Positions 49,521 through 64,000 of a stretch of DNA of 64,000 bases are shown here, piece after piece. A program made the position numbers and the translations under genes. The DNA is from Amoebidium appalachense (Eukaryota > Protista > Ichthyosporea). Location of the stretch: positions 769,817-833,816 of the forward strand of contig CAVNZM010000013.1 in NCBI GenBank assembly GCA_963693365.1, written 5' to 3'. Every line of letters begins with the position of its first letter. Within the stretch, counting starts at the first letter, position 1. The notes beneath the pieces were generated by a model that did not search any database, was not told the origin of the DNA, and saw nothing but the letters and a program-made list of their open reading frames with translations.

Positions 49521-49819
49521 GTTGAATGCGGAACACGGTACGAAGTACGCATACACGACGAGAAGCATGGTGCAGGACACATGCAAAGGCAAACATTCAA
49601 GTATGCAACATCAGCCATGTGCACAGTATGCGTCATAAGCAGAGCCCATCCTCAGGGAGGACCCAAGTCATCAATTGCGTCTGAGTTTCGACCCCTTAGC
49701 CTGCGTATATACGACGCTCCAACTCAGACAGCAGCATCAACTGAACTTGGGCGGGTCAACCCGTCTTGATCAAAGACGAGCAGGGTTGCTTGTGCAAGCA
49801 AGGTGAGCAAAACGGTGCA
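49521..49819 (-). mobile_element. Structured non-coding interspersed repeat, subfamily A (5'-truncated)
   Basis: Near-identical reverse complement of ~58555-58850. It abuts a poly-G run at the element's 3' end. Confidence 0.85.
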
Positions 49820-50429
49820 TATGTGTGGGGGGGGAGAGCAAAATGACTACGGGTTTCATCACGTGGGACAGCACGAATTTCGCAGATAGGCAAAAGGCGG
49901 TGTGCATAATTTGTATTTCACTGTTGCATACATACCCAACACAATCTCTCATGATAAAAAAAACCTGTCCCATAAAGTACTGGAGGTACAGTTACTGATA
50001 CCGCCTTTGGATAATAATTTTATCCAACTATTGATTTAAACCGACTATAGGTTAAACCGGCAACTAACACAGAATATTTTATCTATCGCTAACCGCTTGG
50101 ACTTTTTCCCCAGCGTATACACGACCTCATTGTTCATACACCTACATTATAACCCTTTTAGCACACCAACACCCTAAGATCAGCCCACCACTAATAGACA
50201 GCATCAACTTATGTTCACCAATGCGGCCAGCAGACACAACTATCACATATCGCAACTTCTACTTGGTAAGTTAGGCAAGGCTATTGGTAAGTCCCATCTC
50301 CAATGGACTAAACAATGTGCCACTAACTCAACCTCCATTTCCCATAACACATGCATATGTTTATCCTGCAAACCCCCCTCCCCCCCCCCCCCCCCCCTCC
50401 CTCCCGCCCTCTCCTATACCCTCCCTCCA

Positions 50430-50466
<37 letters not shown>

Positions 50467-50543
50467 CCTCCCGCCCTCTCCTATACCCTCCCTCCATCCC
50501 CCCCCCCTCCCCCCCCCCCCCGCCCCTCCCTCCCCACAACCTT

Positions 50544-54799
<4,256 letters not shown>

Positions 54800-54899
54800 T
54801 TTCGCTGGCTTTCTTTCCTTCTCCTCTGTCACTTACAAGAAAAACATGAAAACACATGAAAAAAAACATCGACTGCGGCAGATGGCCTATGATGTCGAT

Positions 54900-55005
54900 T
54901 TGTCGCTGGCCAATCAGCTACGAGTGCGGCAAAATATTTATGAGAGCCAATCAACAGGCTTTTTTCTATATATAGTTAGCTTTATAATGTTCCTATTGGC
55001 TTAAC
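54900..55005. promoter_or_regulatory. CCAAT-box cluster upstream of CDC50, in the divergent CDC50 / C2-gene interval
   Basis: CCAAT at 54910 and 54947 and ATTGG at 54995, 110-200 bp upstream of the CDC50 ATG. Confidence 0.5.
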
Positions 55006-56221
55006 AGCTGATATGAAACTGTTTGCTTCGCTCAATCGAATTTCGCTCGGCCCGGGTCGAAGTAATAGTTGGTCGAAGTGTACGCCGATGAAAATGCAAA
55101 AAGAGCCAAGTGGCCTTATTATAAGTACCGAATCTGCTGTACTACTGAGTACCGGTGGTGTGTGTGCCCTGGGAAGGTGGCGGTGCCACTGAATTTTTTT
55201 TCTGTCACGAGTGAACCATCGGATTCAGTCTGTCAGTGGCGCGCCATCGCGAGGCCGCGGCCGCAAAAGTCTATTTTTAGTTGACTTAGTTTTAGATTCC
55301 AGCTCCCAACTTTCATATGTTGCTGTAAAACCGTCTGAGCCAAAAAAAAACCAGATTACCAATAATTTAACTACAAAGATTGGATTAAAAAAAAAAGAAG
55401 CTAGTTTATAACCCTATGTATGCCTTTATGATGTTAAAGACCGGAAAGATAAACTGAAAAACAGCTACCCGATAATGTGTTGATTTGCAAATGCCCCCGC
55501 GTGTTTGGAAGATAAGGAGGCCTTGGAGTTTAGATGGGACGTAGTCTGTAGAGGTAGTGTAAAAACAGGCCTAAAAAAAGTTTATCTCTTGGATCTACAA
55601 TTCATTCTATTCGCTGCTCGCAGTCTGGAATTCCGAAACAAACGCACCGGCACCGCGGCACACTCGAGCTCAGTCTGCAGTAGTCAGGTCACGATCAAGC
55701 TGCGTGAAGGGCCTGCTTGGGTCGCTTGATCTTACATGTTCGTTAATTTTGCACGACCTAAAGGGGTTTCGAACGAGACGATATTTATATGTAGGAGAAC
55801 TGCATGTGAACGCTTTGCCGACGAAAGATCTTATTTTAGACTGGCAGTGCACTTTGAGAGATCTCACCGAAAGGATTCTCTGTCAGGTTTTGTGTGATTG
55901 CCCACTTGTTGGGTCAGCCTGAAGTTTGGAAGCCCAATCCTCCCAGGCTATAAGCAACGTTGAGTGTAGCACGAGTCAAAAAAAATCAGGGTAGTAAAGA
56001 GCTTTTGTTCTCTTTGCAAAATACAAGAAAAAAGGAAACCCCAGTTTTTGCTGTCCCAGTAACGATTTTTCGGTAAACACATATGGCATAATAGAGAGTG
56101 CCGCACACACACCCATAGTGGTGGCAGCTGTCTAAGATTTGGGCGTATAATGCCCACATAAGCGTTAAAACTGGCCCATACGTTCGAGAATGTGACAGAG
56201 TATTTTACTCGCACAGTCACC

Positions 56222-57222
56222 ATGAGGACCCTGAAACTCAGCAAGCCCCGCATCTTTCAGAGAAAGAAGTTCACTGTTGGAGACGATGAAAATGATGCCC
56301 CTTCTGGGATCTACGTTCTATCCGTCTCATTCATCCAGGTAACTAGCCCATCGGAGCGAAATGTGTCCCTCTCGCACGTTCAGTTGGCTGCTTGCTTGCT
56401 CAGAAGGACTGGGTGCTTGAGAGTACTTACACTAATTCTATCTTTTCATAGCTGGTGTCCGCATCCTGCTAGTATTCTTGACTCTGGGGTTTTGAAACTC
56501 TAAAAATGCAGAGCCCATAGTTCACAACCTTTGAAAGCTGCTGCATCAAGCGTACACATGCTAACAGGCTTGAGTTGACCTTGTGACTAACACGTGGGGT
56601 TGTTCTCTGCAGGCAAGGGATCTGATGAAAGTTGACCTTATTGGGTCGAGTGACCCGTATGTGATCATAACATGTGAAGGGCAACAACGTCGGTCAAGGA
56701 CCATCTACCGCTGTCTTAACCCCGTGTGGAATCAGCGCTTTGACTTTGTATGCCAAGAAAAGCCCGAGGTGTGTCTCGGACTTCGGAAACTTTGGATTAT
56801 GAGTTCTAAAGCACCGCATCCTCCCTCCCCTACCCCTTCCTCCCCCCGACAGACACAGAGGAGCCAGGGCTCTCTTTTGGCCTCAAAGATGCTCACACAA
56901 ACACGCGCATACAACATCAACGCATGCGCGACCGCACTCACTCACATACACACACACACACACATATATATATATATGTATACACATGCAGGCACAAAAC
57001 CACACATCTCCCCCCCCCCCCCCCCCTCCCCCTCCCCTCGTCCCACACCCATACCCACACACACTCAGACACACCCACACACAGACACACACCCACACAC
57101 ACGCACACACACACACAGGCACACACAAACCGGCACACACACACACACACACACGTGCACGCGCCCACACACACACACACACATCTCTCTCTCTCTCTCT
57201 CTCGCTCTCTCTCTCTCTCTGT

Positions 57223-57263
<41 letters not shown>

Positions 57264-57273
57264 TCCAGACCAG

Positions 57274-57307
<34 letters not shown>

Positions 57308-57436
57308 AACACACACACACATGCCAGTCGCATATTAAAACATGCACAAAACCCGAAGTGAAGCCCGGTCTTTTTTCTTTTTCTTTTTTTTTTGGTGGTC
57401 CATCTTTATGTCCAACCCGCTACCTCCCCCTCCCCC

Positions 57437-57467
<31 letters not shown>

Positions 57468-59277
57468 AAAAAAAAAAAAAAGAAGAAGAAGAAGAAGAAT
57501 TAAAAACCAAGAATAAAAACAAAAGTAATAATAATTTTTTTAAAATATATTTATAAATATAAGATAAGAATTAAACACGTTGCCCGCCCTTCACCTCCCC
57601 GTCCCCACAAGGTCCCCTACCCGCCACTCTGGCCCCCTCCCGTTTTTAACCCCTTCCCCTCGAAAGTAGCCCTCCCCCCCCCCCCCCCCCCCCGGCTTCC
57701 CTCCCCCTCGGCCCCCCCTTGCCCCTGCCCTGTGCTTGCACTGTGTGGTGAGGAACGTCGAAGATCATACAGACAAAACAGCTACTAATGCTATGTCTTT
57801 TCGCTCCCAGTCATTCCATGTTCGTGTGATGGATGCAGACAAAGCAAACAAGGACGAATTTCTCGGCGAGTTCACATACACCGTCACGGAAAAGGACTGG
57901 AACGAAACAATATCCCCGTACCAGTGGATCAAATTGGAGAATGCAAAGCGTGGTGAGGTAAGAACCCATGGCTTCACTTTACCTTCCCTGGTCCCCCCCC
58001 CCCCCCCCCCCCCGACCGCTTTACTTCCATGCAACCGGGCATGGTTGCTCTGTGTCGTGCATCTGTAAGCACATACCCATTTATCGCTGCACTGCATTAG
58101 TTTGCACACACATCTTCACCGTTTTGCTCACCTTGCTTGCATAAGCAACCCTGCTCGTTACGGGTTGACCCGCCCAAGTTCAGTTGATGCTGCTGTCTGA
58201 GTTGGAGCGTCGTATATACGCGGGCTAAGGGGTCGAAACTCAGACGCAATTGATGACTTGGGCCCTCCCTGAGGATGGGCTCTGCTTATGACGCATACTG
58301 TGCACATGGCTGATGTTGCATACTTGAATGTTTGCCTTTGCATGTGTCCTGCACCATGCTTCTCGTCGTGTATGCGTACTTCGTACCGTGTTCCGCATTC
58401 AAACCCCCCCAGTCTTCTTTCAGAGGTGTCCTTTCAGGACAGACCACTGTGTGGAGACCGCTTTACTTCCATGCAACCGGGCATGGTTGCTCTGTGTCGT
58501 GCATCTGTAAGCACATACACATTTTTCGCTGCACTGCATTAGTTTGCACACACATCTGCACCGTTTTGCTCACCTTGCTTGCATAAGCAACCCTGCTCGT
58601 CTTTGATCAAGACGGGTTTACCCGCCCAAGTTCAGTTGATGCTGCTGTCTGAGTTGGAGCGTCGTATATACGCGGGCTAAGGGGTCGAAACTCAGACGCA
58701 ATTGATGACTTGGGTCCTCCCTGAGGATGGGCTCTGCTTATGACGCATACTGTGCACATGGCTGATGTTGCATACTTGAATGTTTGCCTTTGCATGTGTC
58801 CTGCGCCATGCTTCTCGTCGTGTATGCGTACTTCGTACCGTTTTCCGCATTCCAGACCCCCCCCCCCCCCCCCCCCCCCCAACAACCACCACACACATAC
58901 CACCACCACCACCCCTGCTCCCCATTTTCTACCAGAAGCCACCCCCCCCCCCCCCCCCCCTTCTCTCCCCCTGCTCTCCTCCCCCCCATCCCCCCCCCCC
59001 CCCCCCCCCCCGGCCGCCCCCCTCCCTCCCCCCCCTAACCGCATGATAAACTTGAACTACTTCGAAAGAAACTGTGACGCACTCAATATGTATATTCGCA
59101 GCACCAGATTCCACCGAATCTAATGGACACATCTGATTGGTTTGCAATCAGGTGCAGGTGCAGGTAGCGTGCAGGGAGCAGGGGGAGGCGGAGGATGTGG
59201 AGGAGCTTTTGGACTACGTGCAGACCGTCGGTCTGGCCACCGTGAGGGTCGTACGTGCAAGAGGTATCATATCATAA

Positions 59278-59309
<32 letters not shown>

Positions 59310-60070
59310 CGCCGCCCTCCCTCCCCCCCCCCCCCCCCCCCCACCCGCCCCTTTGGGTCCCCCTTGAGGATGAGCTCTGCTTGTTTCGCATACTGCGCGC
59401 ATTGCTGATATTGCATACTTGAATGTTTGCTTTTGCCTGTGTCCTGCACCGTGTTTCTCATCGTGTGGTTGTACTCCGTACTGTGTTCCGCATTCTAACC
59501 TCCCCTCTCCCAACCCTCCCTCCTCCCCCTCCCCCCGGCCTCATTCCTCATGCATGATGCACACCCTTTGAGTGTGCTTTGCAGAATCTGCATTGTGTTG
59601 TCCGGCATGAATGTGGACTGTATACTCTGTAATACTCTGTAACACTCTCTACTCCCCCCCCCCCCCCCCTGAGGATGGGCTCTGCTTATTATGCATACTC
59701 TTTATGTATAATTTGCCCTCTGCATCGTGTTATCCGTTGTTCATGTGTACTTCGTACTTTATGACACATTCAACCCCCCCCCCCCCCCCCTCTCCGTGCC
59801 ATCCTTTCCGTTACTGGCCTACGGCATTCACCTTTTTATTTTATTTTTTTGCTGTTCCCCCCCCCCCCCCTTTTTGCCAGGGCATTTTTTATTATAGTTT
59901 TGTTTTCTTGTGAGAACACTGTTCATTGGTGATTTTCCTCAGGTGTCAAGCAAACGGTCAACCATCTGAAGAAGCTCGCTACCTTTGGGTTGAAAGGTAA
60001 GTTTCGGAGATTTTCATCTAGGACTTTGATATATCTCCCCTTCCCCCCCCCCCCCAACACACACACACAC

Positions 60071-60132
<62 letters not shown>

Positions 60133-61081
60133 AGACACGCTGTTCCTATTCAAGGTCTGTCACCCACTATAGCATAGATCATCCCCCATTCCTCCCCCCC
60201 TCCCCCCCCCCCCCCCCCCCCCCCCTCCTCCCCTGGTCAAACACATAGGCGCACACCCCACCCTACCCCCATCCCCAACCAATTCCATCATTTCCTTCCC
60301 TTCCAAGACACAACGAGAAAGAGCAACCTGCCCACAATCAGACCTCATGGTGCACACGATTGCCCCCACCCTCATCCCGCGAATCGGTGCAGGTCGAACA
60401 TCAGTCTATTCTTCTTCTTCTTCTTCTTCTTCTTCCTCTTCATCTTCTTCTTCAACCCCCCACTTGGGCCCTCCCTGAGGATGGGCTCTGCTTATGACGC
60501 ATACTGTGCCCATGGCTGATGTTGCATACTTAAATGTTTGCCTTTGCATCTGTCCTGCACCATGCTTCTCATCGTGTATGCCTACTTCGTACCGTGTTCC
60601 GCATTCAAAACCCCCCAGTCTTCTTTCAGAGGTGTCGTTTCAGGACAGACCACTGTGTGGAGACCGCTCTACTTCGATGCAACCGGGCATGGTTGCTCTG
60701 TGTCGTGCATCTGTAAGCACATACGCATTTTTCGCTGCACTGCTTTAGTTTGCACACACATCTTCACCGTTTTGCTCACCTTGCTTGGATAAGCAACCCT
60801 GCTCGTCTTTGATCAAGACGGGTTGACCCGCCCAAGTTCAGTTGATGCTGCTGTCTGAGTTGGAGAGTCGTATATACGCGGGCTAAGGGGTCGAAACTCA
60901 GACGCAATTGATGACTTGGGCCCTTGCTGAGGATGGGCTCTGCTTATGACGCATACTGTGCACATGGCTGATGTTGCATACTTGAATGTTTGCCTTTGCC
61001 TGTGTCCTGCACCATGCTTCTCATCGTGTATGCGTACTTCGTACCGTGTTCCGCATTCAAACCCCCCCCCCCCCCCCCCCT

Positions 61082-61134
<53 letters not shown>

Positions 61135-62098
61135 TTACACTCTTGTTTTTAATTAATTTACTGAAACCACTAAAGACATCCCCCTACGTAGTATGATACT
61201 GGCAGCAGAAAACCGTGTTTGTTTGTTTTTTTCTTGGTTTTTTCTTTTGGCGGGGGGATGAGGAGGGAGGGGATTACATCTTGTTCTTAGCTTTCTGGTG
61301 CCACTTTACACATCCCCATTACGTAGTATGATACTGGCAGCCGAATACTGTGGACATCGATTAACGAAACGGGAGGGGAAGCCATGCCCCTCCACACGTG
61401 TGATCATCGAAAATGCGCTGACATTTACATGTGCTGGTGTTTGTGAGAGTGTGGCAAGGGAAGTGGCGGGGAGAGGGGGGTAAAGGAGGGGAAACAAGGG
61501 AAATCTGGCATCTTTGGGAGCAGCCGTGCAGGGGGGGGGGGGAGGAGGGGAGAGGGGCGGAGGGGAGGGGAGAGGGGATGGTTACATACATATACCTCTC
61601 CATGGTAAGTTGCAGATAATACATGTTAATTTTTATTAAGATCGCACACGATCTGCACAGAACTAATGCTTCATACATTTAGTAAGGTAAAAAAATTTAA
61701 AATATTTTTTTTAAAAGAATATTAAGATTGCTATGTCTGGCAGGCAAGAGACCACTACGACTGGAGGTTATCTTGGAGTACGGCATCACGGCCTTCAGAA
61801 CAAAGCCTCAACCCGGGGCAGATCCCATGTTCCAGCAGGTTTCAACACCCCCCCCCGGTGCCCTTTTCCGCCTTTTTTGTTCTGGTTTTTGTATTTTCGC
61901 AACAATTTGTATTTGTCTTTTAGTGTTTCCACTTGCACAATTCCAACCTTCTAGTGCATACATCCGCCCCCCTCCCCTTCTCCCCCCCCCCCCCCCCCCC
62001 TCCCCCCTTCCCCCTGCTTGTTTTTAGGAGTTTTCCTTGTTTCTATATGCTCGGCTATGGTTGTGGTATGTAGTTTTAGAGTGCTGCGGGGAGCAAAG

Positions 62099-62137
<39 letters not shown>

Positions 62138-62905
62138 CGCGTTCAACAACACCTGAGTACAGCTGTACACATCCACGCTGGCATACACGTGCACATGGAT
62201 GAAAGTGCGGGAGCTGGCAGGCACGTATGATATGCTCATGCCGACTGACACATCCGGGCACCCATGCACACCCCAACACCCCCACACCCGCCACACACAC
62301 ACATGCGCCCACACACACACCCACAAACACAGACACAACCAGCCAAACCACGTTCACGCGCATACACACACACACACTTCCGTGTGAATTGAACATGGAA
62401 AACATGGTTTTCTGTTTATTGGTAGCAACAGGAGATCTAACATTCTGATCCCTGCAATCGGTGTATGCAGGAATGCCGATTCTGGGTGCGTAGCGGCGAG
62501 GAGAAGTATGTGATGAGGATATCCCTCTACAATAACCTTGGATCGAGGTATGCGACAAGCCTACTGATTGTCTAACCCCCCCCCCCCCCCCCCCCTTCCC
62601 GCCTATGATGCATTATCTCTGCGTGTTTGCAATCTGCATTGTGTGGGCTGTCATGAATGTGTGCTTCGTACTTTGTAACACATTCTTACCAATCAACCCC
62701 CTCCCCCCCCCCCCCCCCTCGCCGCCCTTCCATGAGCGACGGCTTCAGGCTTGCACTCACTCTTCCATTGGCGCATAGTAACCCTCTTGATCATGAGCCT
62801 TCTCCTCGTGTCTTCCGCTGACGCAATGTGTTTGTTTTTCTGATATATGTTTTTTGTTTTTGTGTTTTATTTGGCTTCCATATCTGCCACCTTGTTATGC
62901 ATATA

Positions 62906-62944
<39 letters not shown>

Positions 62945-63588
62945 CCGGGGCACCCTTCCTCCTCCCTGCCCTGCATCCTTCCTCTTCCATTTACATCCTC
63001 CCCTCCCACTCACCCAAACTGACCCACACATCGCTACTATCCCCAAACCCTTTTCTCATCCCCCCCCCCCCCCCCCCCCCCCCCCAATAAAAAAAAACAA
63101 AAAAAAAAACCGAAAAACCCTTTACCCCCACCTTCCATTCCCCTCCTCCGTCCTCCCCCTCCCCCCGTCCGGCATGAATGTGTACTTCGAACTCTTTAAC
63201 ATATTCTAAAGCTCCCCTTCCCCTCCCCCCCCCCTCCCCCCTCCCCCCCTCCCCCCCAATAACACATTCTAGACCTTCCCCCCTCCCCCCTCCCCACCCC
63301 CCCCCCCCCCACCCCCCCCAACCCCCACCCACCCACCCATCCACCCACGTTTCAACAAAAACACACAAAAACAAAACAGAACTGCTCTTCTAGGACGAGG
63401 CTACGTCGACCTAAGCAAGGTGATCAGTGAGGAGGGAGGGGAGTACAACCTAGTGGTTGACATACGTGAAGACATGAACAGTATCACGGACGCAGACCAC
63501 GTGCAGATGCTGTCTAGTAGCCACGACGCACTTCCTTCCATGGCTAACATGGCTGCAAATGGAGATAGTGCGTGGGGTCGAACACCAT
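56222..63588 (+). CDS. Tandem C2-domain protein, first 8 exons (3' part outside the window); possibly PSD2-like
   Basis: Exons 56222-56338, 56613-56768, 57811-57957, 59152-59263, 59943-59996, 61744-61838, 62471-62547 and 63380-63588 are GT-AG and in phase. C2A: [18 protein letters not shown]...[17 protein letters not shown]...[15 protein letters not shown], with Ca-binding Asps present. A degenerate C2B follows (VRVVRARG...FRTK...DPMFQQ...LLGRGYVDL). Confidence 0.9.
58014..58856 (+). mobile_element. Subfamily A repeat, partial tandem dimer (period ~453 bp)
   Basis: ctgaggatgggctc at 58269 and 58722. The array ends at ttccgcattc plus poly-C. It sits in intron 3 of the C2 gene. Confidence 0.9.
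60462..61066 (+). mobile_element. Subfamily A repeat, ~1.3-mer tandem (period ~452 bp)
   Basis: ctgaggatgggctc at 60475 and 60927. It ends at ccgcattcaaa plus poly-C, in intron 5 of the C2 gene. Confidence 0.9.
61132..61352. repeat. Intronic tandem duplication (~140-bp period)
   Basis: gggattaca..cttgtt...catcccc..tacgtagtatgatactggcagc occurs twice. Confidence 0.75.
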
Positions 63589-63872
63589 GTATGTGCTAAC
63601 TCCCCCCCCCCCCCCCCCCCCCCCCCCCTTCCCCCCACTCCCCCCCCTCCCCCCCCCCATCCTCACGCTCTCCCATTCCACTTTCCCCCCCTTCCCCCCC
63701 CCCCCCCCCCCCTTTCCCCCCCTTCCCCTTGGCGGGTACTGTTGATGATTTGCCCTCCCCGTAAAAATGGGCTATGCGTATGATTCATACTATATATATA
63801 CATATATGTTCTTTGCAACCTGCATTGTGTAACACCTTGTGTTGTCCGTCGTGTGTGCATTTCGTATCCTGT

Positions 63873-63970
63873 CCACGTTCAGATGCTGTCTAGTAATCAC
63901 GACGCACTTCCATCAATGATGAATATCGCTGCAAATGGAGATAGTGCGTGGGGTCGAACACCATGTATAT
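63873..63970 (+). repeat. Duplicate of the 3' ~90 nt and donor of C2-gene exon 8
   Basis: cagatgctgtctagta..cacgacgcacttcc...gctgcaaatggagatagtgcgtggggtcgaacaccat|gtat repeats 63498-63592. Confidence 0.9.
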
Positions 63971-64000
63971 GTTACCGTAATCCCTCCTCTCCTCCCCCCC

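Noticed and set aside
60788-60950. Calling the repeat core a telomerase RNA, RNase P RNA or C/D snoRNA
   Set aside because: It has an AACCCU word, a pseudoknot and TGATGA/CTGA words. However, multi-copy truncated tandem units and the lack of full consensus elements do not support these calls.
58158-61196. Recurrent ORFs such as [23 protein letters not shown] and [13 protein letters not shown]
   Set aside because: They are incidental translations of the non-coding repeat, and the frames are not conserved between subfamilies A and B.

Overview
This is eukaryotic nuclear DNA from an intron-rich, microsatellite-saturated genome. The proteins look holozoan (animal-relative); my inference is an ichthyosporean such as Amoebidium. 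Almost all ORFs in the supplied track are artefacts of (CA)n, (GA)n and poly-G/C tracts. By following GT/GC-AG splice phases I reconstructed four real spliced genes: a divergent bZIP-like factor (-), a 22-exon CLEC16A/GOP-1/TT9 homolog (-), a 3-exon CDC50/TMEM30 flippase subunit (-), and a tandem-C2-domain gene (+) that runs off the window. Four things stand out. (1) A 1.95 kb AT-rich insert carrying decayed nad2 between 46-bp terminal inverted repeats looks like a whole linear mitochondrial minichromosome integrated into the nucleus. (2) A family of non-coding repeats (about 20 copies, ~452-bp unit, two subfamilies) has a covarying, pseudoknotted RNA fold. The copies are 5'-truncated, share a 3' end that runs into poly-C, and every copy I found is sense to its host or neighbouring gene. 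(3) Exon-intron boundaries are repeatedly duplicated in tandem, leaving stacks of decoy splice sites. (4) Poly-C and (CA)n are biased to the coding strand. Homopolymer lengths may be inflated by long-read error.
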